Translations under genes and position numbers: made by a program
The notes under the pieces: model-generated
Seen by the model: the letters and a program-made list of their open reading frames with translations, nothing else
Told to the model about the DNA's origin: nothing
Databases searched by the model: none
In this document: positions 49,919 through 60,611 of the stretch, one piece after another
Layout: each line of letters starts with the position of its first letter
How positions within the stretch are numbered: position 1 is the stretch's first letter
Assembly: GCA_037200925.1 (NCBI GenBank)
Contig: JBBCGO010000001.1
Location: 447,698 to 511,697 of the forward strand
Direction of reading: 5' to 3'
Length of the DNA: 64,000 bases
Origin: Candidatus Doudnabacteria bacterium
GTDB lineage: Bacteria > Patescibacteriota > Doudnabacteria > UBA920 > O2-02-FULL-48-8

Positions 49919-50188
49919 GAGCCTAAAAATTCAATTACAATATGCTTACTAAGGGGGGCTAGCATGGAAAAAATCTTTTTCGGATGGACCCATCGGAACA
50001 GTACCGGCAAAACCATCTGCTTCACAATAATGCTTGACGAGGCCGATATAACACGCGTCGCCGAAATGGTTGCGCAAAAACCAGAAAGCGGCTTCGTCAA
50101 TCTCCGTGCACAAATCCAGATCGAACCGGTCGAGAAACAAACTGGTAAAAATGCTGAGATGGACGAGATGTTGGTAGGCGGATCTTAG
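49913..50188 (+). CDS. Hypothetical protein (true start probably MEKIFFG)
   Basis: Short ORF between groES and the NTase-like gene. Confidence 0.5.
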   Translation: MQEPKNSITICLLRGASMEKIFFGWTHRNSTGKTICFTIMLDEADITRVAEMVAQKPESGFVNLRAQIQIEPVEKQTGKNAEMDEMLVGGS

Positions 50189-51141
50189 GTTCGCCTTTTT
50201 TTTATCTTTTCCAGTTCTTCAATGTATCTGTAAGCGATCTCTGCGCGCACGTCATAGCCGTGGAGTTTCAGCATGTCGGCATTGGCCACAGTGGTGGAAG
50301 CTGCAACCCTGTTCTCGGGAAGTCGGAAAGTATGGCTGATATGGATGCGGGCCAGGAGCGGTTCAATCAAAGCTGCGGGGATCGAGAGCAAAAATTCCAA
50401 AATAAACCTAATGACCTTGATTGCGGTATGCGGTTCTTTAATCGTATTCAGCCGCAAAGCCGGCTCGAAATTCGGAAAATAAGTTTTGATCCAGGAATTT
50501 TCTTTCATAAAATATTCATATTCCGTTTGGTTCAGGATCGGCCGCATACTAGCCAGCCAAAAAACCAAATAAGGATCTTCCGGTTTGATCAGCAGCGGTT
50601 GCAAATTTTGACGGTTTTGAGAAACGAAAAAACCGAAGCAGAACCGGTCTTTGATCCGCTGCCGGGTTTTGTACACACCGAGCAGGCGGAATAGAACGAT
50701 GATCACGGAACGGACAAAATACAGCCGGTTGGGTCTGCTGACCACAAAAAAATCAATATCAGAATCACTGTCAGCCGTGCCTAAGGCCAAACTGTTGATC
50801 ACCGAGATCTGGCGGACAAACGGCAAAACAGCCAGCCAATGAAAGTATTTGTCGATCTTCCGCCATTTTTTGGTTAATTCCAGCTGATTGGCGTTGTGTC
50901 GGCCCAGATCCCATTTTTTCAGCGCGAACAAATTGCCTTCCTGGATGATCTGATCGTTAGCTGCCAAAAATGAAAGCATTTTATCAACGTCTCTTTGGGT
51001 CGATCTTACTCCCAGAAGTAATTCATAAACCCTCTTCCCGGAAAGCGGCAGATTATACAAACTGAAAAATGCCAGAGTTGAAATTACGGCTTCGGCTAAG
51101 TTTTGTTTTTCTTTTGTCTCAACTGCTAAATCCTGCGGCAT
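50185..51141 (-). CDS. Nucleotidyltransferase-domain protein
   Basis: NSLALG..DSDIDFFVV; GGAG SD before MPQDL. Confidence 0.7.
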   Translation of the reverse strand: MPQDLAVETKEKQNLAEAVISTLAFFSLYNLPLSGKRVYELLLGVRSTQRDVDKMLSFLAANDQIIQEGNLFALKKWDLGRHNANQLELTKKWRKIDKYFHWLAVLPFVRQISVINSLALGTADSDSDIDFFVVSRPNRLYFVRSVIIVLFRLLGVYKTRQRIKDRFCFGFFVSQNRQNLQPLLIKPEDPYLVFWLASMRPILNQTEYEYFMKENSWIKTYFPNFEPALRLNTIKEPHTAIKVIRFILEFLLSIPAALIEPLLARIHISHTFRLPENRVAASTTVANADMLKLHGYDVRAEIAYRYIEELEKIKKRRT

Positions 51142-51466
51142 CGATCTCCTTCCACTCGTCGTTATAATCGTCCCATTTGTACGCTTTGATCTTGTGTGAA
51201 AATTCAGTTTCTGAAAAAGTGTATTCAGTTCGAGCCGACTTTCCCTGCTGGTGCGAATAAATTTCCCGCTTAGATAAAACAACCGGCTTGGATTCCCGGG
51301 TTAATTTAACTTTGCCCATGGGCGTAGGAAAAATTAAAACTTCGATTTTTCCCTGCTTCACCGGGCCGTCTGCTGAATCCATGGTCAAATCCTCAAAGTG
51401 CTCGTCTTCCACTTTGAATTTACGGTGCAATTCTTCTTTCAGCGCTTCCCATTTTTCGTCCTGCAT
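51119..51466 (-). CDS. Hypothetical protein
   Basis: 115-aa ORF in the mutM operon. Confidence 0.75.
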   Translation of the reverse strand: MQDEKWEALKEELHRKFKVEDEHFEDLTMDSADGPVKQGKIEVLIFPTPMGKVKLTRESKPVVLSKREIYSHQQGKSARTEYTFSETEFSHKIKAYKWDDYNDEWKEIDAAGFSS

Positions 51467-51470
51467 GGTA

Positions 51471-51866
51471 TTATTTCCTCTTTTCTTCTCCCCTTGCGGG
51501 AGAAGATGCCCGGAGGGCAGATGAGGGGTGAATAAGATTCAAAAGAATCTTTTCAAGGACTTTTTTAGGATTCCGGTCTAAATCGCTATTCCAAAATCTA
51601 AGCATTTTAAATCCTTGCTTTCTCAAATATGTTTCTCTTTCTCTATCCATAATTATATTAACAGATTTATTATGCGGACTGCCATCTAATTCAATAATTA
51701 AGCGTTTTCGGAAACAACAAAAATCGGCAATATAGTTGTCAATTCTAACCTGCCTGCGGAATTTAAATCCAAATAGTCTTCGATCTTGTAGCCAAAACCA
51801 GAGTTTTTTCTCTTGAGTGGTTTGTCTCTTTCTTAAATTCCTGGCTATATTTACACGCTCTTTCAT
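51471..51866 (-). CDS. DUF559 / Vsr-like endonuclease
   Basis: ARNLRK.QT.QEKKLW..FRRQ..YIADF..IIELDGSPH..LRFWN. Confidence 0.93.
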   Translation of the reverse strand: MKERVNIARNLRKRQTTQEKKLWFWLQDRRLFGFKFRRQVRIDNYIADFCCFRKRLIIELDGSPHNKSVNIIMDRERETYLRKQGFKMLRFWNSDLDRNPKKVLEKILLNLIHPSSALRASSPARGEEKRK

Positions 51867-51931
51867 TCACCCTCACCTGTCGCGTTCCGCGACATCCTCT
51901 CCCGTCAAGGGAGAGGAAAAATTGAAATTGC

Positions 51932-52849
51932 TCACTTCTGTTCTTTGGGACAATAACTTCCTGTCCGCCCGTTAAACTTTATGCTCTTTATAATACTACC
52001 ACAAACTTTGCATTTCTCGCCCGCCCGGCCGTAAACTTTGTGCAAAAGCCCGTAAGTTCCCCAGTCCCCGCTTGGCCTGACAAAATCCCCGACCGATGAG
52101 CCGTAATGATCCACCGCATCCTGCAAGATCTTTTTAATGCCTTTGAACAATAAGTGTTTTTCCGCATCTGACAGGCTTTTTACTCTTCTTGTCGGCCGGA
52201 CCTTGGCGTAATACAAGATCTCGTCAGAATAAATATTCCCGATGCCGGCAATGATGCCTGGGTCCATCAGCCAAGGTTTGACTAAAGCGTTGGATCTTTT
52301 CAGCAAAAGCTTTTCAAACTCTAGGTAAATGAATTTTTTATCCAGGGGTTCCGGCCCATATCCCAGCAATTCCGGAACCCGGGATAATTCTTTGTCCGTA
52401 ACCAGTTTCAGGTAGCCGAACTGGCGGGAATCATTGTAAAAAAGCCTGGAACCGTCAGTGAAATCAAAGATCACATGCGTGGATTTGGCGGGAAGGCGGA
52501 CCGGCGTGTAATTTTCAATGTTCAAAAGCTTAATTTGTCTGTCCTTATGTTTCTTGTCCAGAAAGATCAGCTGGCCGGTCATTTTTAGATGGACCAAGAT
52601 CGCGAACTTCCCGGCCAAGTCAATAATGATCATCTTTGCGCGCCTAGAAACATCAGTGATCTTTTGTCCTTTCAAAGTACGGGCGAATTCGGAGCTTACA
52701 TTTTCACCGGGTTTCCGTAAATTAGATAAAGTCTTAGGTCCCATGGCCACCATTTTCGGCAGCAGGACCCGGACCTCTTTGATCTTCTTATTTTTGAGTT
52801 TCGACCGCAATTCATTGACCACGGTCTCAACCTCTGGCAGTTCAGGCAT
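51932..52849 (-). CDS. mutM: Formamidopyrimidine-DNA glycosylase (Fpg)
   Basis: MPELPEVET, HLKMTG, AGIGNIYSDE. Confidence 0.97.
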   Translation of the reverse strand: MPELPEVETVVNELRSKLKNKKIKEVRVLLPKMVAMGPKTLSNLRKPGENVSSEFARTLKGQKITDVSRRAKMIIIDLAGKFAILVHLKMTGQLIFLDKKHKDRQIKLLNIENYTPVRLPAKSTHVIFDFTDGSRLFYNDSRQFGYLKLVTDKELSRVPELLGYGPEPLDKKFIYLEFEKLLLKRSNALVKPWLMDPGIIAGIGNIYSDEILYYAKVRPTRRVKSLSDAEKHLLFKGIKKILQDAVDHYGSSVGDFVRPSGDWGTYGLLHKVYGRAGEKCKVCGSIIKSIKFNGRTGSYCPKEQK

Positions 52850-52917
52850 TACTTTCTGTAAATTACTACTCAGACATTATAGCAAAATCTGCAAAAAGAA
52901 AAGCCCTTTGCTTCCGC

Positions 52918-53232
52918 TTAGGACTTGACCGATATCTTAAGCCGATTCCTGTCGTAAGTTATAGTGACGAATTTGTGGATCTCGCCGTTTTTTTCCAGCC
53001 AGAAAGATTTATGATACAGTTTCACGTTCAGCCCCTGCGCCTCGTAAAAATCGGAAATAGCCTTTCGCAGATCCTCGGCGTCAAACGGTTCGCGAACCGT
53101 AAACCCCATATCTTCATCATCTTCCCTAATGCGGGAAGAGTTCCGCGAGTCTCTGCAACCGTATTGATCCGGGATGAGTTTGTCCGGAAATTTCTGGAGC
53201 AAAAATCTGCAAAGAGTTTCGGGCTCGTTCAT
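52918..53232 (-). CDS. Hypothetical protein
   Basis: 104-aa ORF. Confidence 0.6.
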   Translation of the reverse strand: MNEPETLCRFLLQKFPDKLIPDQYGCRDSRNSSRIREDDEDMGFTVREPFDAEDLRKAISDFYEAQGLNVKLYHKSFWLEKNGEIHKFVTITYDRNRLKISVKS

Positions 53233-53421
53233 GCTTCCCCCTGTTTATAAAATATTATAACAAATTCGGCAAAAAGAAAACTGCCTATTGCTGGCAATAG
53301 GCAGAAAATTGGACGCCGGCGAACGGATCATTCTTGCAATCCTAGATTTTCAGCCGCTGCTGTCAATAAAAAACAGCCAATTCCGGCTGTTTTGTTTAGA
53401 GTCTGCAGATAGGAATGTATT

Positions 53422-54006
53422 TTATTCGTCCATCCGCTTATAGCTGCGGATCTTTTTCTTCATGTCCCAATGTTCAATTTCATGAGCCGCTTCTTCCGGG
53501 GTTTCAGAAGCGTGGATCAAATTATAGATCGCGCGCTTGTCTTTATTGGCGGAAGCGGCGGAATCAACTGAAAAATCCCCCCGGATCGTGCCCATTTCAG
53601 CCAGCGCCGGCTGGGTGTTGCCCGAAAGCTTTCTGACCATGTCCACGGCGTGAATGCCTTGCACCACAATTTTTACCACCGGGCCCGAGCTCATATAATC
53701 CACCAGCCAGCGGCGGACGTGCGGTCCGATCTCTTCCGCTTTGGCGGTGCCCATTTCTTCCATGGCGTCATAGCCGTATTTTTCGTAAGTGGTCAAAGTT
53801 TTGGTCCCAAGCCTGGTGATCCAAGCTTCATCTTTCGGATAGTGGCTGTCCATCTCTTCTTTCGTGGGCTGATGCATTTCCAAAGCCACGATCTTGAGAC
53901 CGACCTGCTCGATCCTGCGGATGATCTCGCCGGTCAAGCCGCGCCTGACGCCGTCAGGCTTGACCATGACAAATGTTATTTCTTCTTTCGGATGCGCCTT
54001 GGGCAT
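53422..54006 (-). CDS. ndk: Nucleoside diphosphate kinase
   Basis: VKPDGVRRGL, GTIRGDF, NLIHAS. Confidence 0.96.
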   Translation of the reverse strand: MPKAHPKEEITFVMVKPDGVRRGLTGEIIRRIEQVGLKIVALEMHQPTKEEMDSHYPKDEAWITRLGTKTLTTYEKYGYDAMEEMGTAKAEEIGPHVRRWLVDYMSSGPVVKIVVQGIHAVDMVRKLSGNTQPALAEMGTIRGDFSVDSAASANKDKRAIYNLIHASETPEEAAHEIEHWDMKKKIRSYKRMDE

Positions 54007-54111
54007 TTTACCCCCACACCAAATGCTTAGAAAACAAAATTGTTTCTAGCAAATTAATTTTTTCTGGTTTCAACATAATTCTATTTTATCCGCCACAATT
54101 GGTGTGGGGGT

Positions 54112-54807
54112 TTATTTAATCGTTATCTTATTAATTATAACCGGCGTATTGGGAAGAGACGGTTCGCCTTGCAGATTTGGCTGGACCGGCACTGCCGCGA
54201 TTTTGGTCACTACATCCATGCCGCTTGTGACATAGCCAAAAAATGTGTAGTTTCCGTCGAGGGACGCGTGAGTGTTTGGACTCTCGGTTGTCACTATAAA
54301 AAACTGACTGCCCGATGAAGGTCCTTTGGCTGCGGTTGATGCCATACCAATCGCGCCAATGTTCGCCTTCAGCCCGATCTCGGCAGGAACAGTATAACCG
54401 GGACCACCCGTGCCCCAGGTCGAGACATCACCTTTGATCGAATTCGGATCGCAACCTTGTATCACGAAGTCTTTCAGAATGCGGTGGAACTTCGTGTTGT
54501 TGCAGTAATTCTCATTGGCGAGTTTGATAAAATTCGCTACTGTCAGCGGCGCTGATTTTGCGTCCAGCGTCACTTGAAAACTTCCCATATTGGTATCGAT
54601 CGTTGCCACAGAACCGGCCGACGCCGCAGGGCTGGCCGGCGGAGTGGCTGCCGGGGAAGGAGTGGGAGGAGCCGGCGTGGGGTTTGGAGTGGTTTGAGCT
54701 TGATCGTTGGTGGGCGCCTGCGCTTTGTTCGTACGGAAATAAAAATATCCGCCTATCAAAATAATGACCACGACAATTGCGATTAAAACTTTACCTAAAG
54801 TATTCAT
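54112..54807 (-). CDS. Membrane-anchored cyclophilin-type PPIase
   Basis: N-terminal TM; FHRILKDFVIQG.DP, GSQFFI. Confidence 0.93.
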   Translation of the reverse strand: MNTLGKVLIAIVVVIILIGGYFYFRTNKAQAPTNDQAQTTPNPTPAPPTPSPAATPPASPAASAGSVATIDTNMGSFQVTLDAKSAPLTVANFIKLANENYCNNTKFHRILKDFVIQGCDPNSIKGDVSTWGTGGPGYTVPAEIGLKANIGAIGMASTAAKGPSSGSQFFIVTTESPNTHASLDGNYTFFGYVTSGMDVVTKIAAVPVQPNLQGEPSLPNTPVIINKITIK

Positions 54808-56285
54808 ATTTTTAATAATTTAATTTCCTTAAGTTTAGCAATAAATCCGATTTTTGTAAACCCTCGGCCGAAGAACAAAGCGCAGATGATCGCGTAATAG
54901 ACGCACACAGCCCAAAAACTAATGTGCATTGAAACTGCGGCAAACGGCAATGACGCGAACAATCCGATGACCTTGATGATATAGGTCAAAAGCAAATACG
55001 TCACCCAGGCCAAAGGCAGAGCCAGCTTCAGCCAGATCAATCCTGCAAGGCCTGTCAAAAATCCGAACAGCATCGTGACCGGCACAATGGGCAACACCAA
55101 AATATTCGGCAAAAGCGCCACGAGCGACAATTGCCCGAAGTTGAACACCAAGATCGGCAGGGTAAAGATCTGCGCCGAGAGAGTGGCCAAAAAATATTGG
55201 CGCAGAACTTGCGGCAGCCATGAAAAGTGAGGCTCAAGCACGGGCGAAATATAAATAATCCCTAGAAGTGCGGCAAATGACAACTGGAATCCCACATCAA
55301 AAACCAGGATCTGCGGATTGATCGCAAGCATAACCACCGCGGTAAATGCCAGGGAGTTGGCAGCCACGCTCAAGCGACCAACGTTGAGGGCCAGCAGCAG
55401 CAAAATGCCCATGATCCCGGCTCTGATCGCGGAAGCCGAAGCGCCGGTCATCACGACAAATATGACAATTGCCAAAACCGAAAATAAAAAAGAAAATCTC
55501 CGGCGTACTCCCAGCCACTGCAGGATCCAGGTCATGGCAGCTGCAATAATCGTAATATTGAACCCGGAAATAGCCACAATATGCGAAGTGCCGGTGCGGT
55601 TGAACTGATCGGTCAGGGTTTGGGGGATCGTGCGTTTGGCGCCCAGAAGCAATCCTGCCAAAAATGAATTCTGCGGCTCCGGCAAAATATCGCTTAAACG
55701 GTCCGTAAATTTTTTCTTAAGGAGCAGAATCTCCCGCATGACAGGATTGCCGAAATTGCCCGCAGCCACGCTCAGTTTGGGCATGTAGGCGACGGCATCA
55801 ATGCCGAATCGTGATAAATAATTTTTATAGGAAAAATCCGGATATTCTTTCGGCTCGGAGATCTTGGTTTCAAAACTCAGCTTCTGGCCGTATTCATATT
55901 CAGGGAACCGGTTCACAGTCAGCAGTAATTTTGAATGAATAGATTTTTCATTCACTTTTAAATTTCCCAAAGTTAAATAAATTTTGTCAGACCTGATATC
56001 CGGCTCGCTTGAGATGATTCCGGTAACCTGCGCTTTTTGGCCATAAAATTGAGCAATATCGTTTTGGGCAAAATCCTGCTTGAACCTTAAACTGCCGAGG
56101 ATCATGACAAGTCCGGCCAAGCCGATAACTACGGCTAATTTATTATTCCAGCCGACTGTCGCGACAATTATAAAAACCATGGCCAGTATAGCCATGGTTT
56201 CGTAGTTGATGTAGCGCCCCAAAAATACTCCGAATATCAAGCCCAAGCAAAGGATCAAAAAAATTTTGGACTTATTGAGGGTCAT
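54804..56285 (-). CDS. comEC: ComEC/Rec2 competence channel (DUF4131 + competence domain, no beta-lactamase domain)
   Basis: GTSHIVAISGFN, SAIRA, GFQLSF. Confidence 0.93.
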   Translation of the reverse strand: MTLNKSKIFLILCLGLIFGVFLGRYINYETMAILAMVFIIVATVGWNNKLAVVIGLAGLVMILGSLRFKQDFAQNDIAQFYGQKAQVTGIISSEPDIRSDKIYLTLGNLKVNEKSIHSKLLLTVNRFPEYEYGQKLSFETKISEPKEYPDFSYKNYLSRFGIDAVAYMPKLSVAAGNFGNPVMREILLLKKKFTDRLSDILPEPQNSFLAGLLLGAKRTIPQTLTDQFNRTGTSHIVAISGFNITIIAAAMTWILQWLGVRRRFSFLFSVLAIVIFVVMTGASASAIRAGIMGILLLLALNVGRLSVAANSLAFTAVVMLAINPQILVFDVGFQLSFAALLGIIYISPVLEPHFSWLPQVLRQYFLATLSAQIFTLPILVFNFGQLSLVALLPNILVLPIVPVTMLFGFLTGLAGLIWLKLALPLAWVTYLLLTYIIKVIGLFASLPFAAVSMHISFWAVCVYYAIICALFFGRGFTKIGFIAKLKEIKLLKI

Positions 56286-56301
56286 GCCAAAGGAGGAGAA
56301 G

Positions 56302-57537
56302 TTACCACAACATTGATTTCACTTCCGTGACCAGATCATCCAGGTCTACGGTCTTTTGTTCTTTTTCCCGCAAATTTTTAATATTCACTTTCCTCTTTTT
56401 AGCCTCATTCGCGCCGTAAATTACCGCCACCTGCATGTTTTTACTTTCCGCATATTTAAACTGTTTATCAAGTTTTGCGGTTTCAAAATAAAATTCCGTA
56501 TCAATGCCGGCATTGCGCAATGTGGTCGCAATTTTAAGATAATCGGGAATCAAATCCTTATCCATATTAAACACGATCACTTCCGCGGCAGTTTGAGGCG
56601 CGATCTTGCCTGAATCGGAAAGCGCAGCAAACAGCCGGTCCAAGCCGATCGAGCCGCCCACAGCGGGCATTTCCTTGCCGGAGATCTTGCCGATCAAATT
56701 ATCATATCGCCCGCCGCCGGCAATTGAGCCGAACTCCGGTTTGGCTTTCAGCACGAATTCAAAGATCATACCGGTGTAATAATCCAATCCCCGCGCCAAT
56801 GTCGGGTCAAACTGAAAATTGTCCATACCGAAACTGCCCAGCAAACTTTCAAACTCAGCAATGAATTTTTTGCCTTTTTTCTGCATTTCGGAGCGGTATT
56901 CGCTCAGTTTGAAATTAAATCCGGCCTGCTTGATCCGCTCAGCCACTGTTTTCTCTCCTAATTTATCGAGTTTGTCGATCAGGCGCAAAAAATTGGCAAT
57001 ATCGCTCGTGACAAATTTTCTTTCGCCCAAAACCTCGTCAATGATCTGCCGGTTGTTGTACTTGACCACGACCTCGCCGACTTCCAAAGATCTGAAAGCT
57101 TCGTTCAATGTCGCGATCACTTCCGCATCGGCGATCAGGGAATCTGAGCCCACAATATCCGCGTCGCACTGCATCAATTCCCGGAACCGGCCCTTCTGCG
57201 GTTTTTCCGCGCGCCAGACATTGGCGATCTGGTAACGCTTGAAGGGTTTCGGCAAATTCGAATTATTGGTCACCACGCGCACCAATGGCAGAGTCAGATC
57301 GTAGCGCAGGGCCACTTCACGTTCGCCCTGGTCCATGAAGCGATAGATCAATTTTTCGTCCTCGCCGATCTTGCCGGCCAAAAGTTCATATGGTTCCAGA
57401 GACGGCGTATCAATAGGAGCAAAGCCGAAGCGTTCGAAAACTTCGGAAATTTTTGCGATCATTTTCTTCCGCGCTATCTGCTCCTGAGGCAAGTAATCGC
57501 GAAAGCCTTTGAGGACTTGGGGGATATCTTTTGACAT
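56302..57537 (-). CDS. hisS: Histidine--tRNA ligase
   Basis: KGFRDYLP, LRYDLT, GRFRE..Q.D.D, RGLDYYTG, GGGRYD. Confidence 0.98.
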   Translation of the reverse strand: MSKDIPQVLKGFRDYLPQEQIARKKMIAKISEVFERFGFAPIDTPSLEPYELLAGKIGEDEKLIYRFMDQGEREVALRYDLTLPLVRVVTNNSNLPKPFKRYQIANVWRAEKPQKGRFRELMQCDADIVGSDSLIADAEVIATLNEAFRSLEVGEVVVKYNNRQIIDEVLGERKFVTSDIANFLRLIDKLDKLGEKTVAERIKQAGFNFKLSEYRSEMQKKGKKFIAEFESLLGSFGMDNFQFDPTLARGLDYYTGMIFEFVLKAKPEFGSIAGGGRYDNLIGKISGKEMPAVGGSIGLDRLFAALSDSGKIAPQTAAEVIVFNMDKDLIPDYLKIATTLRNAGIDTEFYFETAKLDKQFKYAESKNMQVAVIYGANEAKKRKVNIKNLREKEQKTVDLDDLVTEVKSMLW

Positions 57538-57684
57538 AAGCTAATTTTAACATAAAAATAAGCAAAAAAAAATCCTGTCCCAGTCTGCAACATATGTGCA
57601 TAACAAGGAACAGGAGCTAACCCTATCATGGCTGTAACCTAAGATAGGATTAAAAGTTTGGAATGGCGTTGGGTTGCGGCGGCG

Positions 57685-59406
57685 TTAACCCACCGACTCT
57701 TGTGGCGCTGGATGCTTACGGGAATTTTCCACGCTAAGCAGAGCCATGGCTTTTTCCGGACCCCAGAGCTGGGCGATCGATTTGAGGAAACGGATCATCC
57801 GCTTTTGCTGATCGTTGCTCACATCATCCTTGACCAGCTCGAGCTGCTGCGCGCCGATGCTGTGAAGCTGAAATCTCCGGCTGTATCCTTCGAGCCTCAC
57901 TTCGAAGAACGAATCGGCCCTCAGTTTGACGGAATTCTCCATGCAGAATCCGTAGATCCAGTCCTGATTGGCCTTCGAGACCAGTCCATTACTGATCAAG
58001 TTTCGGAACTGGAGTATGGATGTCCACTCCACGACTTCAGGCAAGTTGGGCTTGACCAAGTCGCTGAGCACTCCCGCTTCTCCGGCGGCGCTGATACAAA
58101 CCGGGTCGTCGGAGTTCATTCCTGAAATCCATCTCTGGAAGCTGATCGGACCGACGGTAACACGCACAGGTGTCGTTGGTTGCGGTGGAACCGCCCTAAG
58201 GTGAACGGGTTCTCGATGAAACTCTTCTTCTGACGGCGCCTCAATAGGCTTAACGGTGATTCCGACCCGAGTCTCTGTGGGCTCCTCTTCTTCGTCCTCG
58301 TATCCTTCGGTATACTCATCGGGCATGACCAGGGTTGGAGTCTTCCACAAGACTTCCTGAGGTTTGAACACTTGGCCATCCTTAGGGGCGGCACAGAACA
58401 TGCCGGCGATCTCGGCCGGCGGGTTTGTAAATTCCGTACCGGTAAAGATCGGTTTGTAGTCCAGCATGTTCTTTTCGCCGCGGGCGATCACCGCGATCTG
58501 CTTTCGAAAACCTTTCGTGGTATCCTGATTCATTGGTCCAAGGTTCGTGATGATCGCCCGACCAATGTGGCCCTCAAAATCATAGTACGGATTCTCGATC
58601 ACTTCTCGAGCTCCCTTAATGATCAGGCTCTCCCGATCAGGAGATTTTTCCATCTCGGGAGTCCAGATGGTGCGACCCACCTTGAAGTTGCCGCCGCCGC
58701 TCATGACGCGAAGCGTGTCCTTGCCGTCAGCTTCTCGGCCCTGGATGAAGGTGTAGAACATAGTAATCAGGCCCCTGACAGCGGCCCGATTCAGCTCTTT
58801 CCACGCCTTTTTTTTGGGCATCTTGAGTGCGTAGGCCGTGGCATTGTTGATCACGAGACAACGAACGTTCTTCTCTGCCAATCTCGTTAGGGTGTCGATC
58901 GCGAAATTGTACTGCTCTTTCGACACCTCTTCGATATCGGGAAAGACCACGATCGCGACGGTGAACATCTTGAGGCTAAGAGCCAAATCGCAACATGGTT
59001 CCAACCCGCCCGCCGCCGTGCCTTTGTTCAGCGAACCGGTGATCAACGCGGTGTCGTAGGGCCGCAGAATTGCCGAGACCTTGTCTTTCGCTTTCTCGAA
59101 AGCTTCCCGCCCGGCTTTCGGATCGTGTCCACTCCCCTCGCCATCGCCGATCACGAGTGAACGGCCTTCGGGTGCGAACGCAACCTCAGCCTTGAGCGTG
59201 TCAATGAAGAAGATGTCAAGAAACGACCTGACGAGTGTCGAGTACCAGATTTTGTCAGCAGGAAATTCCTTGCCTTCCGCTTTTTTCCTAGCTCGAATCA
59301 GATCTTCGACTCTCTCGGTCTCAGCAGCGTTGGCGGAGATTGTTTTCCCGAAATCCTTGCCAATACTTACCCCGCAACCTCCAAGGCTCAGCATCACTGG
59401 CTTCAC
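57685..59406 (-). CDS. Divergent FtsZ/tubulin-family GTPase with long unique C-terminus
   Basis: SLGGCG, GEGSGHDPKAGREAFE, LITGSLNKGTAAG, TVAIVVFP, LVINN, EADGKD align in order with FtsZ motifs; GGAGGTGA SD. Confidence 0.75.
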   Translation of the reverse strand: MKPVMLSLGGCGVSIGKDFGKTISANAAETERVEDLIRARKKAEGKEFPADKIWYSTLVRSFLDIFFIDTLKAEVAFAPEGRSLVIGDGEGSGHDPKAGREAFEKAKDKVSAILRPYDTALITGSLNKGTAAGGLEPCCDLALSLKMFTVAIVVFPDIEEVSKEQYNFAIDTLTRLAEKNVRCLVINNATAYALKMPKKKAWKELNRAAVRGLITMFYTFIQGREADGKDTLRVMSGGGNFKVGRTIWTPEMEKSPDRESLIIKGAREVIENPYYDFEGHIGRAIITNLGPMNQDTTKGFRKQIAVIARGEKNMLDYKPIFTGTEFTNPPAEIAGMFCAAPKDGQVFKPQEVLWKTPTLVMPDEYTEGYEDEEEEPTETRVGITVKPIEAPSEEEFHREPVHLRAVPPQPTTPVRVTVGPISFQRWISGMNSDDPVCISAAGEAGVLSDLVKPNLPEVVEWTSILQFRNLISNGLVSKANQDWIYGFCMENSVKLRADSFFEVRLEGYSRRFQLHSIGAQQLELVKDDVSNDQQKRMIRFLKSIAQLWGPEKAMALLSVENSRKHPAPQESVG

Positions 59407-60611
59407 AGATCACCTCCGGCGTGCACAAAGGGCACACAAACACCCGGTTTATCGTCAACGAAAGGCTCCTTGAACGTAAACGGCTCATTAGGGAACGTTT
59501 CGTTGAATTTAGCTAAATCACAGTCAAGATCAACCTTGTGGTTGGTGAGATTCGGATAGTTGCCTTTCTGGGGCACGATCCGAATTACTCCCTTTCCGTT
59601 CCAAGGCAAGTATTCAGGCAAAATCTCAACCGAGTTGGCGTTTGCGTTCAGGTAGTGCTTAAAGAACATCTCGAACCTCGAGACAAATTCTTGTACGCGC
59701 CCCTTCAACTCCCGAAGCTCTTCCAGCCGTATATCTGCTAAGCCCGCTTGAAGCGCATTGTCTGCTCTTGCTTTCTTGATGTACAAGTGCCAGGCAATAC
59801 CCAGGACGATAACCCCGACTATTGCTGCTGCGGCTATTATGTAGATGAGTGCTGTTGGCGGAGAAGAATTCGATGATGATGAAGCCGCCTGATCTGCTGC
59901 GACTGCTGCTGGCTGATCTGCTGCGACTGCTGCTGGCTGATCTGCTGCGGCTGTGGCTGCTGATGGAGGTTTATCTGGAGGCTTATCTGCTGCTGACGCT
60001 GGTGTTACACGCGGAGCAGCGACTGCTGGTGGCGGAACCGGCACCTCCGCAGGTGCGGGTGCAGCAGGAGCCTTGGTCGGTTGCGGCGTTTCAACTTTCG
60101 CCACGACTGGCACCTGAACTGGAACCTGGGCAGAAACCGTAGAAGCAGCCAACATTCCCGGCAACGCGTAAACGTCGTCGGTCAAAGTCTTGGACAAGCG
60201 CGACGCGATGTCACGCTTGGACATCTTTGACGTGATGTTGCCGTTGAGCAAAGCCAACTTTTGCGCGCAGCGAAGATCCGAAGATCCTTTGCACACTTGC
60301 GCGAAAGTCTTGCCTGCGGAACCTTTTACCGGTTCCGTCTTTGCCAAGTCGGTCTTGATGCGCACTTCCCAACCGGGATATACCACACCAAGCTCTTCCT
60401 TCGGCCTAACCCTGCCCGTGTCCTTTCCGTTCACAATAATAGCAACAACAATTCCGTCTTTCAGGTAATTGTTGCTGCCGGTGAGCTTCAGCACGATCTT
60501 GCTGACATTCTCACCCTTTTTGATCACGTGCGTGACGTAATCAGCGGCCGAGCACAAGCTCGGGAACAACAGACAAACTACCGCGAAAAACAAACGAAAC
60601 TTAGTCACCAT
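59403..60611 (-). CDS. Type I membrane protein: signal peptide, LysM-like domain, Pro/Ala linker, TM, cytoplasmic domain
   Basis: THVIKKGENVSKI..VYPGWEVRI; AAADQP repeats (24-bp tandem unit at 59891-59950); GTGA overlap with the FtsZ-like gene. Confidence 0.7.
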   Translation of the reverse strand: MVTKFRLFFAVVCLLFPSLCSAADYVTHVIKKGENVSKIVLKLTGSNNYLKDGIVVAIIVNGKDTGRVRPKEELGVVYPGWEVRIKTDLAKTEPVKGSAGKTFAQVCKGSSDLRCAQKLALLNGNITSKMSKRDIASRLSKTLTDDVYALPGMLAASTVSAQVPVQVPVVAKVETPQPTKAPAAPAPAEVPVPPPAVAAPRVTPASAADKPPDKPPSAATAAADQPAAVAADQPAAVAADQAASSSSNSSPPTALIYIIAAAAIVGVIVLGIAWHLYIKKARADNALQAGLADIRLEELRELKGRVQEFVSRFEMFFKHYLNANANSVEILPEYLPWNGKGVIRIVPQKGNYPNLTNHKVDLDCDLAKFNETFPNEPFTFKEPFVDDKPGVCVPFVHAGGDL

